Assembly (NCBI GenBank): GCA_938001865.1 | Contig: CALLAW010000022.1 | Coordinates: forward strand, 4,839 to 68,838 | Origin: an uncultured Saprospiraceae bacterium | GTDB taxonomy: Bacteria > Bacteroidota > Bacteroidia > Chitinophagales > Saprospiraceae | DNA: 64,000 nt | Direction: 5' to 3' | In this document: positions 1 to 10,343 of the stretch, piece after piece | How positions within the stretch are numbered: position 1 is the first letter of the stretch | Layout of the letters: every line of letters begins with the position of its first letter | Notes under the pieces: generated by a model | What the model was told of the DNA's origin: nothing | What the model saw: only the letters and a program-made list of their open reading frames with translations | The model's database searches: none | Position numbers and translations under genes: made by a program

Positions 1-1994
1 TGTTTAGATTATCGACAGTTCTTTTTGCTTTTGCACTGCTGGGAGTTGCTTGTGTACCTCCATCATCGAGAGAGGAGAGTATCGTCGATACTGATATCAT
101 GCAACCCGAGATCAGGCGAGTAATTGACTTGCGTAATGCTGAAGAGATAGACTCCTTGATTGCAGATTTTAACTCCACATTGACTTCTGTGAGGTATCGT
201 GCTGCAGAGTCTTTTACTTCTTTGCGTACAGCGAAGTGTATCGACCCCCTCATCCAATTGCTCTCAGATCCGAGTAATGATGTAAGAGTGATGGCAGCAT
301 ATGCTCTAGGTCAGCAAGGTGATCCAGCAGCAGTCGAGCCATTAGTCAAGGCATTCAAGCCGAGAGATACCATCTCCATCGACAATCGATTCAATGGGAC
401 CATACTTGAGTCCATAGGTAAGTGTGATGATGGAGTCAGATATCTCAAGTTCTTAGCCAATCAGAATACTTATCGGAATACGGATACAATCTTGCTCACG
501 AGTCAGGCACGATCTATCTATCAATATGGACTCAGAGGGAAGATACTCCAAGAAGGGACTGATAAGATGATAGACTTCGTACTGAATGAAGACATCCCGA
601 ATCAAGCACGACTCTATGCAGCTCACTATCTCGCTAGAGCTAAACAATTAGATATCAAGCAGTATCAATTCAGGATAGCTAATCAGTTCGTCAAGGAAGA
701 CGATGTAGACATCAAGATGGCTCTGGCTCTAGCACTCAAGCATGCCGATCCAGTACCTGATATCCAACAACTGCTCTACGATGGTCTCCAACTGCAGAAT
801 GATGATCGAGTCAAAATCAATATCCTCAGGACACTCTCAAGATTTACTCTCAATGATACCATTATCTCATCTCTAGAGCTGACAGCAAGCCCTCTAGTCA
901 AAGAAGCTATCGCTGACTTCTATGGGAGCTATCATGATGAGAGTATAGCTCCTCTCATCCGACAGAAAGCTAAGGCTACTCAGGATACTCTCTACAAAGC
1001 AAAGCTCTACAAGGCATACTTCAAGATCATCCCACACTACTTCGGTAAGTCTCGGAATGCAGCTCGATATGAAATCACTAAATGTCTCGACTCGGATCTG
1101 TCAACTCATGAGTATACGAGATTCGTCGATGCGCTGGGATATGATATGCTCAGTTATGATATGCTAGATGAGATCTACGATACCATCTCGGTAGAGCCTA
1201 TCAAGACTGCCATCGCAAGATCTCTCACTCGGATACTTACCTCAGAAGACTTCGAATATGTGTTTTCATCGTCACCAAGGTATGCTCGACTCAAGATCTT
1301 AGGGATCATAGAGAAGATTGTCGAGGACGGTGACGTAGGTGCTCTCTATGAGATTGCCCCCGCTCTTGCTGACCCCAAGCTTAGTCGGTTGATAGATTCC
1401 ACTACATTTATCCAGAATGCAATGGATCGACTCATCTTGCCTCGGGACCTCGAGACATATGAGATACTACACCCTATCATCGATCAGCTCAATGATACCA
1501 CTACTGTATCGAGATATACACCAAGTCACTTACCAGTACGCTGGGATATCTTAGAGAGTCTCAATCAGAGCACAGAGTTTGTCGTCAAGACCACGCAAGG
1601 CTTATTCTCGATGAGTCTGATGCCAGCATTGGCTCCAGAGTCGGTAGCCAACTTTACACGATTAGTAGTTGAGGACTTCTATGATGGTAAGTTGTTTCAC
1701 AGAGTAGTGCCCAACTTCGTAGTGCAGACTGGATGTACGAGAGGGGATGGCTATGGGAGTATCAACAGTACCATCCACTCAGAGTTAGGGCCGATGAATT
1801 ATGATTCGGAGGGTTATGTAGGTATGGCATCGGCTGGACCACATACAGAGTCGGCGCAATGGTTCGTCACGCATAGTCCTACTCCACATCTCGATGGCAG
1901 ATACACCATATTTGGCAGAGTGATCAAGGGGATGGACACGGTACATAAGCTCCAAGAGGGAGATACGATTATAGATATTATCAAGGTCGATTGA
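1..1994 (+). CDS. HEAT-repeat / cyclophilin-type peptidyl-prolyl cis-trans isomerase fusion, probable lipoprotein (5' end lies outside the window)
   Basis: The frame is open from nt 3, upstream of the first ATG at 99, and encodes ..FRLSTVLFAFALLGVAC, which looks like the end of a signal peptide with a lipobox Cys. The N-terminal part has HEAT-like 'DPSNDVRVMAAYALGQQGDPAAVEPL'. The C-terminal ~160 aa carry cyclophilin motifs 'FHRVVPNFVVQTGCTRGDGYGS', 'SAQWFVT' and 'HLDGRYTIFGRV'. Confidence 0.8.
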   Translation, partial: FRLSTVLFAFALLGVACVPPSSREESIVDTDIMQPEIRRVIDLRNAEEIDSLIADFNSTLTSVRYRAAESFTSLRTAKCIDPLIQLLSDPSNDVRVMAAYALGQQGDPAAVEPLVKAFKPRDTISIDNRFNGTILESIGKCDDGVRYLKFLANQNTYRNTDTILLTSQARSIYQYGLRGKILQEGTDKMIDFVLNEDIPNQARLYAAHYLARAKQLDIKQYQFRIANQFVKEDDVDIKMALALALKHADPVPDIQQLLYDGLQLQNDDRVKINILRTLSRFTLNDTIISSLELTASPLVKEAIADFYGSYHDESIAPLIRQKAKATQDTLYKAKLYKAYFKIIPHYFGKSRNAARYEITKCLDSDLSTHEYTRFVDALGYDMLSYDMLDEIYDTISVEPIKTAIARSLTRILTSEDFEYVFSSSPRYARLKILGIIEKIVEDGDVGALYEIAPALADPKLSRLIDSTTFIQNAMDRLILPRDLETYEILHPIIDQLNDTTTVSRYTPSHLPVRWDILESLNQSTEFVVKTTQGLFSMSLMPALAPESVANFTRLVVEDFYDGKLFHRVVPNFVVQTGCTRGDGYGSINSTIHSELGPMNYDSEGYVGMASAGPHTESAQWFVTHSPTPHLDGRYTIFGRVIKGMDTVHKLQEGDTIIDIIKVD

Positions 1995-2058
1995 CTCACG
2001 GTATTACCTCATAATCACTTAATATAGAATAGAATAGAATAAAACCAAAAGATAAATC

Positions 2059-3165
2059 ATGACAAAGCGAACAGCATTTTATGATATACATGTCAAGGCA
2101 GGTGCCAAGATAGTCCCATTTGCAGGTTACGACATGCCAGTAGTCTATACCTCTATCAGCGAAGAGCATCTCGGAGTGAGGCAGGCAGTAGGACTCTTTG
2201 ATGTCTCACATATGGGACAGTTCATCGTACGAGGCAAGCAAGCTTATGACCTTGTGCAGCAAGTCAGTAGCAATGATGCCTCCAAGCTCTCACCAGGAGA
2301 AGCACAGTATAGTTGTCTACCCAATGCTGATGGTGGCGTGATAGACGATCTCATAGTCTACAGACTCTTCGATGATCAGTGCTCTGCAGGAGAGCAAGCC
2401 TACATGCTTGTGGTCAATGCCTCCAATATCGACAAAGACTGGAAGTGGATCTCCGAGGCCAATACATACGATACACAACTCATCAATATCTCCGATAAGA
2501 CGAGTCTCTTAGCTCTCCAGGGTCCTAAGGCTCTAGATGTGCTGAGGACTCTCACTGATGTAAATGTCGATGAGATTGCCTTTTACAACTTTGCCAAAGG
2601 TACAGTAGCGGGGATAGACAACGTACTCATATCAGCAACCGGATATACAGGTGCAGGCGGGGTAGAGCTCTACTTCGACGAGTCTCGGAGTGCAGAGATG
2701 TGGGATGCATTACTGGTAGCTGGTAAGCCAGAAGGTCTTGTCCTAGCGGGATTAGGTGCTAGAGATACTCTGAGACTGGAGAAGGCATACTGTCTCTATG
2801 GACACGAACTGGATGATGAGACCTCACCAATATCAGCAGGTCTAGGATGGATAGTTAAGACTAAAAAGGAAGAACAATTCTACAGTAAATCAATATTCGT
2901 AGACCAACGTAAGTCTGGAACTCCACGAAGATTAGTCGGATTCCGTATGGATGACAGACGTATCCCTAGACAAGGCTACGAACTCTGTGATACTGACCAG
3001 AATATCATCGGTAGGGTTACCTCTGGTACCATGTCGCCAAGCTTAGATGTGCCGATAGGCCTAGGATATATCGATGTCAAGCACAAAGAAGTAGGGACAG
3101 AGATACTACTCAAAATCAGAAGTAAATATTATCCAGCAAAAGTGGTGAAAATGCCATTTCTCTAA
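2059..3165 (+). CDS. gcvT: Glycine cleavage system T protein (aminomethyltransferase)
   Basis: 368 aa. 'RTAFYDIHVKAGAKIVPFAGYDMPVVY' and 'GLFDVSHMGQF' match GcvT, as do length and colinearity. Confidence 0.95.
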   Translation: MTKRTAFYDIHVKAGAKIVPFAGYDMPVVYTSISEEHLGVRQAVGLFDVSHMGQFIVRGKQAYDLVQQVSSNDASKLSPGEAQYSCLPNADGGVIDDLIVYRLFDDQCSAGEQAYMLVVNASNIDKDWKWISEANTYDTQLINISDKTSLLALQGPKALDVLRTLTDVNVDEIAFYNFAKGTVAGIDNVLISATGYTGAGGVELYFDESRSAEMWDALLVAGKPEGLVLAGLGARDTLRLEKAYCLYGHELDDETSPISAGLGWIVKTKKEEQFYSKSIFVDQRKSGTPRRLVGFRMDDRRIPRQGYELCDTDQNIIGRVTSGTMSPSLDVPIGLGYIDVKHKEVGTEILLKIRSKYYPAKVVKMPFL

Positions 3166-3210
3166 ACAATCTGATCTAAAGTCCTATTATACTAGATAGC
3201 GAATATAATT

Positions 3211-3705
3211 ATGAACTATCAAGAAGCTAGAACAGAGTTTGTAGAGCGATGGGGCTCACTAGGGATCAACTGGGGTGTCAATCGTATCTTGGGTCAGATC
3301 CACGGGTTACTCCTGACTGCCACTGAGCCCATGTGTGCTGATGATATCATATCGATGCTAGACATCTCTAGGGGGAGTGTCAACACTAATCTGCGGATAC
3401 TCATAGATTGGGAGCTCATCGAGAAGTGTCATATCACTGATAAGCGCAAAGAGTTCTTTACTGCCGAGAAGGATATGTGGATTATTTTCTGCCAGATCAT
3501 CAAGCAAAGAAGAAAGAAAGAACTCGACCCCCTCTTAGAGACACTACAGACTCTAGCCGTATTAGAGTCATCATGTGACCATTCCAAGGAACTCTCCGAT
3601 ATGATCAAAAGTATCGATCTCTTCTCAAGGAAAGTCGATAAGGCACTGCACCAAATCGTCAAAGAGAAACCAAATTTTCTTGTCTCTACATATCTCAGAA
3701 TGTAG
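3211..3705 (+). CDS. MarR/GbsR-type winged-helix transcriptional regulator
   Basis: 164 aa with an N-terminal winged-HTH-like segment 'MCADDIISMLDISRGSVNTNLRILIDWELIEK'. Size and layout resemble GbsR/MarR-like regulators. Confidence 0.6.
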   Translation: MNYQEARTEFVERWGSLGINWGVNRILGQIHGLLLTATEPMCADDIISMLDISRGSVNTNLRILIDWELIEKCHITDKRKEFFTAEKDMWIIFCQIIKQRRKKELDPLLETLQTLAVLESSCDHSKELSDMIKSIDLFSRKVDKALHQIVKEKPNFLVSTYLRM

Positions 3706-3838
3706 GTTTACCAAATATCATGTTACCAATCGGACAAGCTGAATGACAATGCTGAGATAGACTCCCTGCTTTCATGAAGTTTTTGCATCTTGTGATTTCT
3801 AATGGTTTAAAATAAGATCTCACTTATCCTTTATATTT

Positions 3839-4900
3839 ATGCAAATTGCAAGTTTCCGCCCTCTGATTCCAGATTCTAAAAAAATCGGTATCCCCAAATC
3901 ATTTTTTACGACAGTAAAAGACCAGTATATCGAGTATAGAGACAATGGATACTTCGAGGAGGCCGACAAAGATCAAGTCATCATCTATGATATTACACTC
4001 AATGGTAAAGTCCATACAGGATTTATCTGCTGTATAGACTCCCAAGAAATCACGCAAGGTAATGTCATCAGACATGAGAATACTCTCAAAGAGAAAGAGG
4101 TGCTCATGATGAAACTTATCAAAGATAGACAGGCTAATATCAAACCAATACTCCTGACGATACCTAACTCCAAAAATATCGATAAGTGGGTCAAGTCACA
4201 GAGAAGCAAAGACACGATCTCATACGCTTATGGGAAGTCTGAGCTGCATACACTGACTCCAGTGACCAATAAGAAAGCAATCAAAGAGATCATAAATCTC
4301 TTCGACAAAGAAGTCCCTAGGGCATATATCGCTGACGGTCATCATCGATGTTTTTCGATTGATTACTTACTGGAGAAAGATCCAGTCAAGTATAGTAAGG
4401 TCTTGGTCGTGTTCTTTCCGTTCAGTGATTTGATGATCAAGCCGTACAACCGTATCGTAGAGTTTGACAAGAAGATGTCAGCAAATGCCCTCGTCAAGAT
4501 ACTTCAAGACTTTGTCAGCATCAAGCAGGTAGATCGCTTCATCCAATCAGATACTCGGAAGAGGTTCTGTGTCTATATCGATAGTAAGTGGTATAGCTGC
4601 CAATGGGATAAGGAGCTACTCAAGAGGATAGATGGAGGGAGTCTTGATCTCTTCAACCACCATATCCTCAATGATGGTCTATATCGACATCCTCATACGA
4701 CTCACTATATCCAAGGAGACACGGCACCTAAGCAAGTCGTCAAGACTGTCGACAAATTGAAAAATAGTGCTGGATTTTTCTTTGCACCTTTGACGTATGA
4801 TCGATTGATTGGAGTACTGGATACAGGTAGACTCGTAGTGCCTAAGAGTACCTACTTCGAGCCTCGGATGCGTAACGGTGTCGTCGTCCAACATCTCTAA
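3839..4900 (+). CDS. DUF1015 family protein
   Basis: 353 aa. Contains the 'IADGHHR' motif I associate with DUF1015. Confidence 0.7.
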   Translation: MQIASFRPLIPDSKKIGIPKSFFTTVKDQYIEYRDNGYFEEADKDQVIIYDITLNGKVHTGFICCIDSQEITQGNVIRHENTLKEKEVLMMKLIKDRQANIKPILLTIPNSKNIDKWVKSQRSKDTISYAYGKSELHTLTPVTNKKAIKEIINLFDKEVPRAYIADGHHRCFSIDYLLEKDPVKYSKVLVVFFPFSDLMIKPYNRIVEFDKKMSANALVKILQDFVSIKQVDRFIQSDTRKRFCVYIDSKWYSCQWDKELLKRIDGGSLDLFNHHILNDGLYRHPHTTHYIQGDTAPKQVVKTVDKLKNSAGFFFAPLTYDRLIGVLDTGRLVVPKSTYFEPRMRNGVVVQHL

Positions 4901-4949
4901 AGTTAATCTCACTCTCTTATTCTCTACTCACTGTGACCTATAATTCCGT

Positions 4950-6134
4950 ATGAAAATCTATACAGCAGATAAAGTCTATCCGATAGACCAACCACCAATC
5001 ACTGATGGTTATGTGGCTCTCAGAGATGATGGTACAATAGATACAGTAGGCAGCCAATCCGACCTCCCAACTACTGACATGATCAATCTCGATGGTTGGC
5101 TTGTACCAGGATTGGTCAATGCTCACTGTCATCTCGAGCTCTCCCATCTGGTGGGCAAGGTAGATACGGGTACTGGTTTGCTCCCATTCCTACAGAAAGT
5201 AGTGACACTTAGAGATGTAGATGAGTCAGTAATACTCCAGGCCATCGCCGACCAAGATGCTTATATGTATGAGCATGGTATCGTCGCAGTTGGCGATATC
5301 TGCAATACTGACCATACTCTTCATACCAAGACACAGAGCTCGATTCGATATTACTCATTCGTGGAGATGTTTGACTTCATGCAAGATGGGATGACCGAGT
5401 CCACATTTGCCAAGTACAAAGAAGTATATGATGCGTATCGGTCTGATCATAAGGACAAGAAGAGTTGTGTACCACATGCTCCTTATACGGTCAGTAATGG
5501 TCTCTATACCGCGATCAATGGAGTCAATCAGCCGGGAGATACGGTCAGTGTACACAATCAAGAGACTCCCCCAGAGAATGAGCTATTCATTCATGGGACT
5601 GGAGGATTTCATGATTTTTTTGGTCAGTTTGGGTTTTCTTATCCTCCTAATGTCGCTACGGGTCAGCCGTCCATCTATACACTTATGGACAGGATGGATG
5701 CAAGATGTAAGACATTGATGGTCCATAATACGCTAACTACGACATCTGATATCCAAGCTGCTCATGCATGGTCGGATGAGGTCTACTGGGCTACGTGCCC
5801 CAATGCAAATCTCTATATCGAGAATCGACTCCCTGATTACCAAGTCTTCCAAGCTAATGATGCTCAGGTCTGTATCGGTACTGACAGCCTTACATCTAAT
5901 TGGCAATTAGATATCTGGCAAGAGGTCAAGACACTCCTCAGATATAAGAGTTACCTCTCTGTAGAGGAAGTGCTCCAGTGGGCAACTCTCAATGGTGCCC
6001 GAGCTCTCTCGATGGATGATCAGCTGGGTAGTCTGACTCCTGGTAAGAAGTCTGGTCTCGTACATATCTCATCGAGTCAGAGAGATGGAGAGAGGATGAT
6101 GCTTGCTGAGAGTTATGCTCAGAGGATAGGGTAG
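4950..6134 (+). CDS. Metal-dependent amidohydrolase family protein (chlorohydrolase/deaminase-like)
   Basis: 394 aa. It has the HxH metal motif '[12 protein letters not shown]' near the N-terminus and 'IGTDS' near the C-terminus. The substrate cannot be assigned from sequence. Confidence 0.8.
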   Translation: MKIYTADKVYPIDQPPITDGYVALRDDGTIDTVGSQSDLPTTDMINLDGWLVPGLVNAHCHLELSHLVGKVDTGTGLLPFLQKVVTLRDVDESVILQAIADQDAYMYEHGIVAVGDICNTDHTLHTKTQSSIRYYSFVEMFDFMQDGMTESTFAKYKEVYDAYRSDHKDKKSCVPHAPYTVSNGLYTAINGVNQPGDTVSVHNQETPPENELFIHGTGGFHDFFGQFGFSYPPNVATGQPSIYTLMDRMDARCKTLMVHNTLTTTSDIQAAHAWSDEVYWATCPNANLYIENRLPDYQVFQANDAQVCIGTDSLTSNWQLDIWQEVKTLLRYKSYLSVEEVLQWATLNGARALSMDDQLGSLTPGKKSGLVHISSSQRDGERMMLAESYAQRIG

Positions 6135-6352
6135 TTGTGTAGAGTTATCAATTGAGGATTAGACGGCGGTGATAGAGATGAGAGGATAGAGCATTAGAGT
6201 TGATGGTCTCCTGTCTGATACGCTTACAGTCTCTGATCTGTCGATAAGCCCCCTTCAGGATCTTCTCCTCAACACCTGCTGATCTGGACACTCTAGGTAA
6301 ACAATGTGATGTACACAATCTCATCAGTCCAATCAATAGACTTAGCCACCAT

Positions 6353-8893
6353 CTAGATCTTATCCATGAATGGTCTTAGGCTTGCATACTTAGCCGCTAG
6401 CTTCAATACTTCGGCCTTGTCCAAGCGTTGTGAGCCATGATAGGCTACGATTTCGGTATTGGGGAGTTTCTTAGCAGTCAGAGTTCTCTGGGCTGCAAGA
6501 GCAGAGCTATAGGTCTGAAAAAACCCAAGGGCATAGAGATAGTTCTGAGTAGTCAAGTCTCGAGTAATGATGATATCATTATAATAATTGAGGACTCTAT
6601 TCTTAAAGATATGCGACGTCTCTGCAAACTCTAGTCTGTAGTGGACATCATTCTTCACAGAGAGATAGATCGGATAATCTTTAGCTCTTCGATTGAGGGG
6701 GAGATCTAGATTGACTTGAGCTTTTTTGATATCTGGTGGTATATTGTAGTAAGTTGCTTCGATCCTTTGATTCATTGCAAGGTCACTCGCAGTACTGTTA
6801 CCACCTAGGTTTTCTTCGGCTAATGGATACGAACTCCCTACGGAGTTGATAATCAGTCTCTTCTTATCTACACCTTTATCTACGAGATATTCAACGATGA
6901 CATCGAGTTGGTTGATACTGAAGAAGAGTTCGTACTCTTTCCGTGGACTCTTATGTGTAAAGTTAGTGAGTTCGAGTATTACATCATCAGGCAGTGATGT
7001 GAAGTACTTAGCAAGAGTGTCTAACTTATCCCTATTGGCTATTGAGAATATTGCATCCTCATCAGCGTAGTAGATCGTAGGTATAATCATCCTCGTCAGT
7101 GAGCTTGACTTGGTTGGTTGAGAGAGAGTCTTGGACCCATTGGATGACTCTGTAGTATTAGATGATTTGCTATTTTGTTGTTGAGCTGTCTGAGATTTGG
7201 ACTGAGATCTGGATTGAGTGTTAGATTGAGATTTTGTTGAAGAGTCAACATATTCAATCTGTTCTTTCTTACTCTTATTCTTAGCGATTTTTGCTGCTTT
7301 TTTCTGTCGTTTTGCTTCTTTGTTTGCCTTAGCTTTCTTTTCTTTTTGAGCTGAGACTTTGCTTATTTCAGATTCTGTTGACGTTTTGGTTTGTTGTCTG
7401 TTTGTTGGGTCTGTACTCGCAGAGGTATTCGTATCTGTACTCTTGGTTTTTCCTTGAGTATTGTTCTGTGCAGTTTGACTCTTATTCGTAGCTAGAGGAG
7501 ATGAGGTAGTCCCCTGATTGATGGTCTTGGTTTGAGTCTTAGCGGTAGTACTCGTATTGGGTATTGCTTGGTGTTTAGTAGTATTGGGTTTTCTTTCTTC
7601 GACTTCGTTGGATACGATTTGGCCGTTATCGTATTTGATGTAGTCTAGATGGCTTGCATCTACGATCACTTGAGAGCTAGGAGTATTGAGGTAAGCGAGA
7701 TAGATATCTAGTCCTCCTCTACCGCCATTCCTGTTAGAGTTAAGTGTACATCTCAGACCATTCCCATCGACTCTAAAGTGGAGATCATCACCAGCACTAT
7801 TGATCGGTGCTCCGAGATTAGTAGGGTTGTTGTATCCCTTCGACTCTATGACTGACTTGGTTGATTGGAAGATGTCATAGCCACCAAGTGATTGCAATCT
7901 GTCACTACTGAAGTAGAGTTGCTTAGTATCAGCAGTCATGAATGGACTCACTTCATTGTAGGCACTATTGATTTCGTCTCCAAGGTTAGTAGGTTGTGTC
8001 CATTTTCCTGCTTTGAACTTACTGATATAGATATCATAACCACCGTAACTGTCAGGTCTAAGGCTTGCAAAAATTATCGTGTTGTTATCTACGATCTGAA
8101 GGTCTTTATCCCCAAGATGTGGAAAGTATGGTGCTTGGAAAAAGATATTTTTGTCGGCAGCTACGAGTTTGTTGTAGAGAGAGTAGATCTTCTTATCTTG
8201 ATCATTGGTAAAGAAGAGTACTTGGCCATCTCCGCTGATATCGTTGAGAGCATTCTGTCCGACTGCATTGAGGGTAGATGGCAGAGTGATCTCTGTAGAC
8301 CAGAGACCATCGACGAATGCTTTGCCAGTAATCGTACTGCGTGACTGGTGGGTCGTACTGTAGTAGATCTTATTAGAGGCGGTCCTGCTAAAGATGGGTC
8401 TTAATTCGTCATAGATAGAGTTGATATCACCATCACAGTGCTGTACGATGATAGACTCGTGAGAGGGGATATTCTCTGCGGAGTTACATTGTTTGACGAG
8501 GCTTAGGATCTCTTCTCTATCTTGCTTAGAGTTTTTTGGGAGTTCTTGAAGATAGAGTTTATACCATTTGATTGCCTCTTGATAGCGATCACGGAGCTGG
8601 TATGTCTTGCCGAGGTATTTGTAGAGAGTAGGATCTTTGAGTCCAAGGGTCTTTGCTCTAGCTAGATCGGAGAGTGCCTTGTTAGCTAGTCCGAGTTCTG
8701 CATAAGAGATTCCTCTGATGAAGAGTGATTTAGCATCATCTTTGACCGCGTCATTTGACGTGATCTCTGAGATTACTTTTTGGTAATCTTGAGTTTCAAA
8801 TGCTTTCTTTGCGGATTCAGTTTGGGCTGATAATGAGCAGATGCAGCACATTACTGCAATGATTACATCTGTGATAGCTCTACTCTTTGTCAT
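6353..8893 (-). CDS. Multidomain envelope protein: TPR, PD40/TolB-like beta-propeller, low-complexity linker, OmpA_C-like domain and a C-terminal SPOR-like segment
   Basis: 846 aa with a signal peptide and TPR-like repeats at aa ~30-130. 'GGYDIYIS', 'GGYDIFQS' and 'GGLDIYLA' are PD40-type repeats. An S/T/Q/K-rich tract lies at nt ~7095-7600. An OmpA-like block runs 'IYYADEDAIFS...NQRIEATYY'. Confidence 0.7.
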   Translation of the reverse strand: MTKSRAITDVIIAVMCCICSLSAQTESAKKAFETQDYQKVISEITSNDAVKDDAKSLFIRGISYAELGLANKALSDLARAKTLGLKDPTLYKYLGKTYQLRDRYQEAIKWYKLYLQELPKNSKQDREEILSLVKQCNSAENIPSHESIIVQHCDGDINSIYDELRPIFSRTASNKIYYSTTHQSRSTITGKAFVDGLWSTEITLPSTLNAVGQNALNDISGDGQVLFFTNDQDKKIYSLYNKLVAADKNIFFQAPYFPHLGDKDLQIVDNNTIIFASLRPDSYGGYDIYISKFKAGKWTQPTNLGDEINSAYNEVSPFMTADTKQLYFSSDRLQSLGGYDIFQSTKSVIESKGYNNPTNLGAPINSAGDDLHFRVDGNGLRCTLNSNRNGGRGGLDIYLAYLNTPSSQVIVDASHLDYIKYDNGQIVSNEVEERKPNTTKHQAIPNTSTTAKTQTKTINQGTTSSPLATNKSQTAQNNTQGKTKSTDTNTSASTDPTNRQQTKTSTESEISKVSAQKEKKAKANKEAKRQKKAAKIAKNKSKKEQIEYVDSSTKSQSNTQSRSQSKSQTAQQQNSKSSNTTESSNGSKTLSQPTKSSSLTRMIIPTIYYADEDAIFSIANRDKLDTLAKYFTSLPDDVILELTNFTHKSPRKEYELFFSINQLDVIVEYLVDKGVDKKRLIINSVGSSYPLAEENLGGNSTASDLAMNQRIEATYYNIPPDIKKAQVNLDLPLNRRAKDYPIYLSVKNDVHYRLEFAETSHIFKNRVLNYYNDIIITRDLTTQNYLYALGFFQTYSSALAAQRTLTAKKLPNTEIVAYHGSQRLDKAEVLKLAAKYASLRPFMDKI

Positions 8894-8907
8894 AGTTCAA
8901 TGATACT

Positions 8908-10275
8908 CTATATTGTCCGATTTAGATCAAAAGCCTCTAGATAGTCTCCTACCTTCCTCAAGAACGATCCACCAAGGAATCCGTCCACTACTCTATGGTC
9001 ATAACTTAAAGAACAGAACATCAGGTGTCTTATTGCGATGACATCACCATATTCTGTCTCTAATACGGCTGGTTTCTTTTTGATTGCACCTACGGCCATA
9101 ATGGCTACCTGTGGTTGATTGATGATTGGTGTGCCCATCAGATTACCAAATGTTCCTACGTTAGTCAAGGTAAATGACCCACCTTGAATGTCGTCAGGCT
9201 TGAGTTTGTTGGTTCTCGCTTTCTGTGCTAGGCTGTTGACAGACGATGCTAACCCATTGAGGCTAAGGTGGTTAGCATTCTTTATGACAGGTACGATGAG
9301 ATTGCCAGATGGCAATGCTGTTGCCATTCCGATATTGATGTCTTTCTTTACTCTGATGTGGTCTCCTTCGACTGAGACGTTGATTAGCGGGAAGTCCGTG
9401 ATTGCTTTAGCTACAGCTTCCATGAAGATTGGCGTATATGTTAATTTTTCGCCGTATTTCTCTAAGTAAGGTTTTTTGACCTTATTTCTCCAATTTACAA
9501 TATTGGTAACATCTACTTCGACGAAGGATGTGACGTGTGGAGAGGTCTGCTTACTCATCACCATATGATTGGCGATTAACTTCCGCATTCTGTCCATCTC
9601 GATGAGTTCATCACCGCCAGATACAGAGGCAGCTGCCTTCGGTGTGACTGGAGTTGCAGCTGTTGTTGGTACTGGAGTCTGTTGTGGTGTCGGTGGAGTA
9701 GATTTTGCTTCGGTAGGTTTTGATTTATTCGCGAGATATGCTTTGATATCATTCTTATTGACTCTACCATTAGCCCCGGTGCCAGGGATCTTGTCGAGTT
9801 GCTCTTGACTGATTCCTTCGGCTCTCGCAATGCTCTTTACGAGTGGAGAGTAGAATCTCTCTTGACTACTTACTACCGGGCTTGTTGCTACAGTATTGAC
9901 TGCTTGTGCTACTGTCTCACTGACGACTGCAGCAGGTGTGGGTACTGGATCTTGTACTGCTGTAGGTGGAGCTTGTGTAGCAGGTTTGGGATCATTATTT
10001 GGCACTTCTGTGGCAGTATCGCTAGAGGATTCGCCTTCTGTCTCTAGGATAGCGATGACCTGACCTACTGGTACTACTGCATCTTTTTCGAAGAGTATTT
10101 CGGTGATTTTTCCATCTACGGGAGATGGGATTTCTGAGTCAACCTTATCGGTTGCTATCTCTAGTACAGTCTCATCTTCTTCTACAGTGTCACCGACAGA
10201 CTTTACCCAGTTGAGGATTGTCGCTTCGATGATACTTTCTCCCATTTTGGGCATTATTAATTCAACTCTTGCCAT
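8908..10275 (-). CDS. 2-oxoacid dehydrogenase E2 component (dihydrolipoyl acyltransferase)
   Basis: 455 aa. Lipoyl-lysine motif 'LEIATDKVDSEIPSP', P/A/T-rich linkers, E3-binding 'GTGANGRVNKNDI' and catalytic 'SLSYDHRVVDG'. Confidence 0.9.
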   Translation of the reverse strand: MARVELIMPKMGESIIEATILNWVKSVGDTVEEDETVLEIATDKVDSEIPSPVDGKITEILFEKDAVVPVGQVIAILETEGESSSDTATEVPNNDPKPATQAPPTAVQDPVPTPAAVVSETVAQAVNTVATSPVVSSQERFYSPLVKSIARAEGISQEQLDKIPGTGANGRVNKNDIKAYLANKSKPTEAKSTPPTPQQTPVPTTAATPVTPKAAASVSGGDELIEMDRMRKLIANHMVMSKQTSPHVTSFVEVDVTNIVNWRNKVKKPYLEKYGEKLTYTPIFMEAVAKAITDFPLINVSVEGDHIRVKKDINIGMATALPSGNLIVPVIKNANHLSLNGLASSVNSLAQKARTNKLKPDDIQGGSFTLTNVGTFGNLMGTPIINQPQVAIMAVGAIKKKPAVLETEYGDVIAIRHLMFCSLSYDHRVVDGFLGGSFLRKVGDYLEAFDLNRTI

Positions 10276-10343
10276 TTCTTCTCCTTATTAATGTGTTATG
10301 GGTAATACTATAGGTACTCTTTCTGATCTGTAAAATTACACTT

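Noticed and set aside
1995-2058. Possible glycine riboswitch upstream of gcvT, and the (TAGAA)x3 microsatellite at 2025-2040
   Set aside because: The leader is only 64 nt, AT-rich and too short for a glycine aptamer. The pentanucleotide repeat is tiny and has no evident function.
5407-5718. 103-aa alternative-frame ORF inside the amidohydrolase gene
   Set aside because: It is on the same strand but out of frame with a supported CDS, and its composition is unlike the neighbouring proteins.
7892-8344. 150-aa plus-strand ORF inside the TPR/PD40/OmpA gene
   Set aside because: It is antisense to a supported CDS and has no recognisable features.
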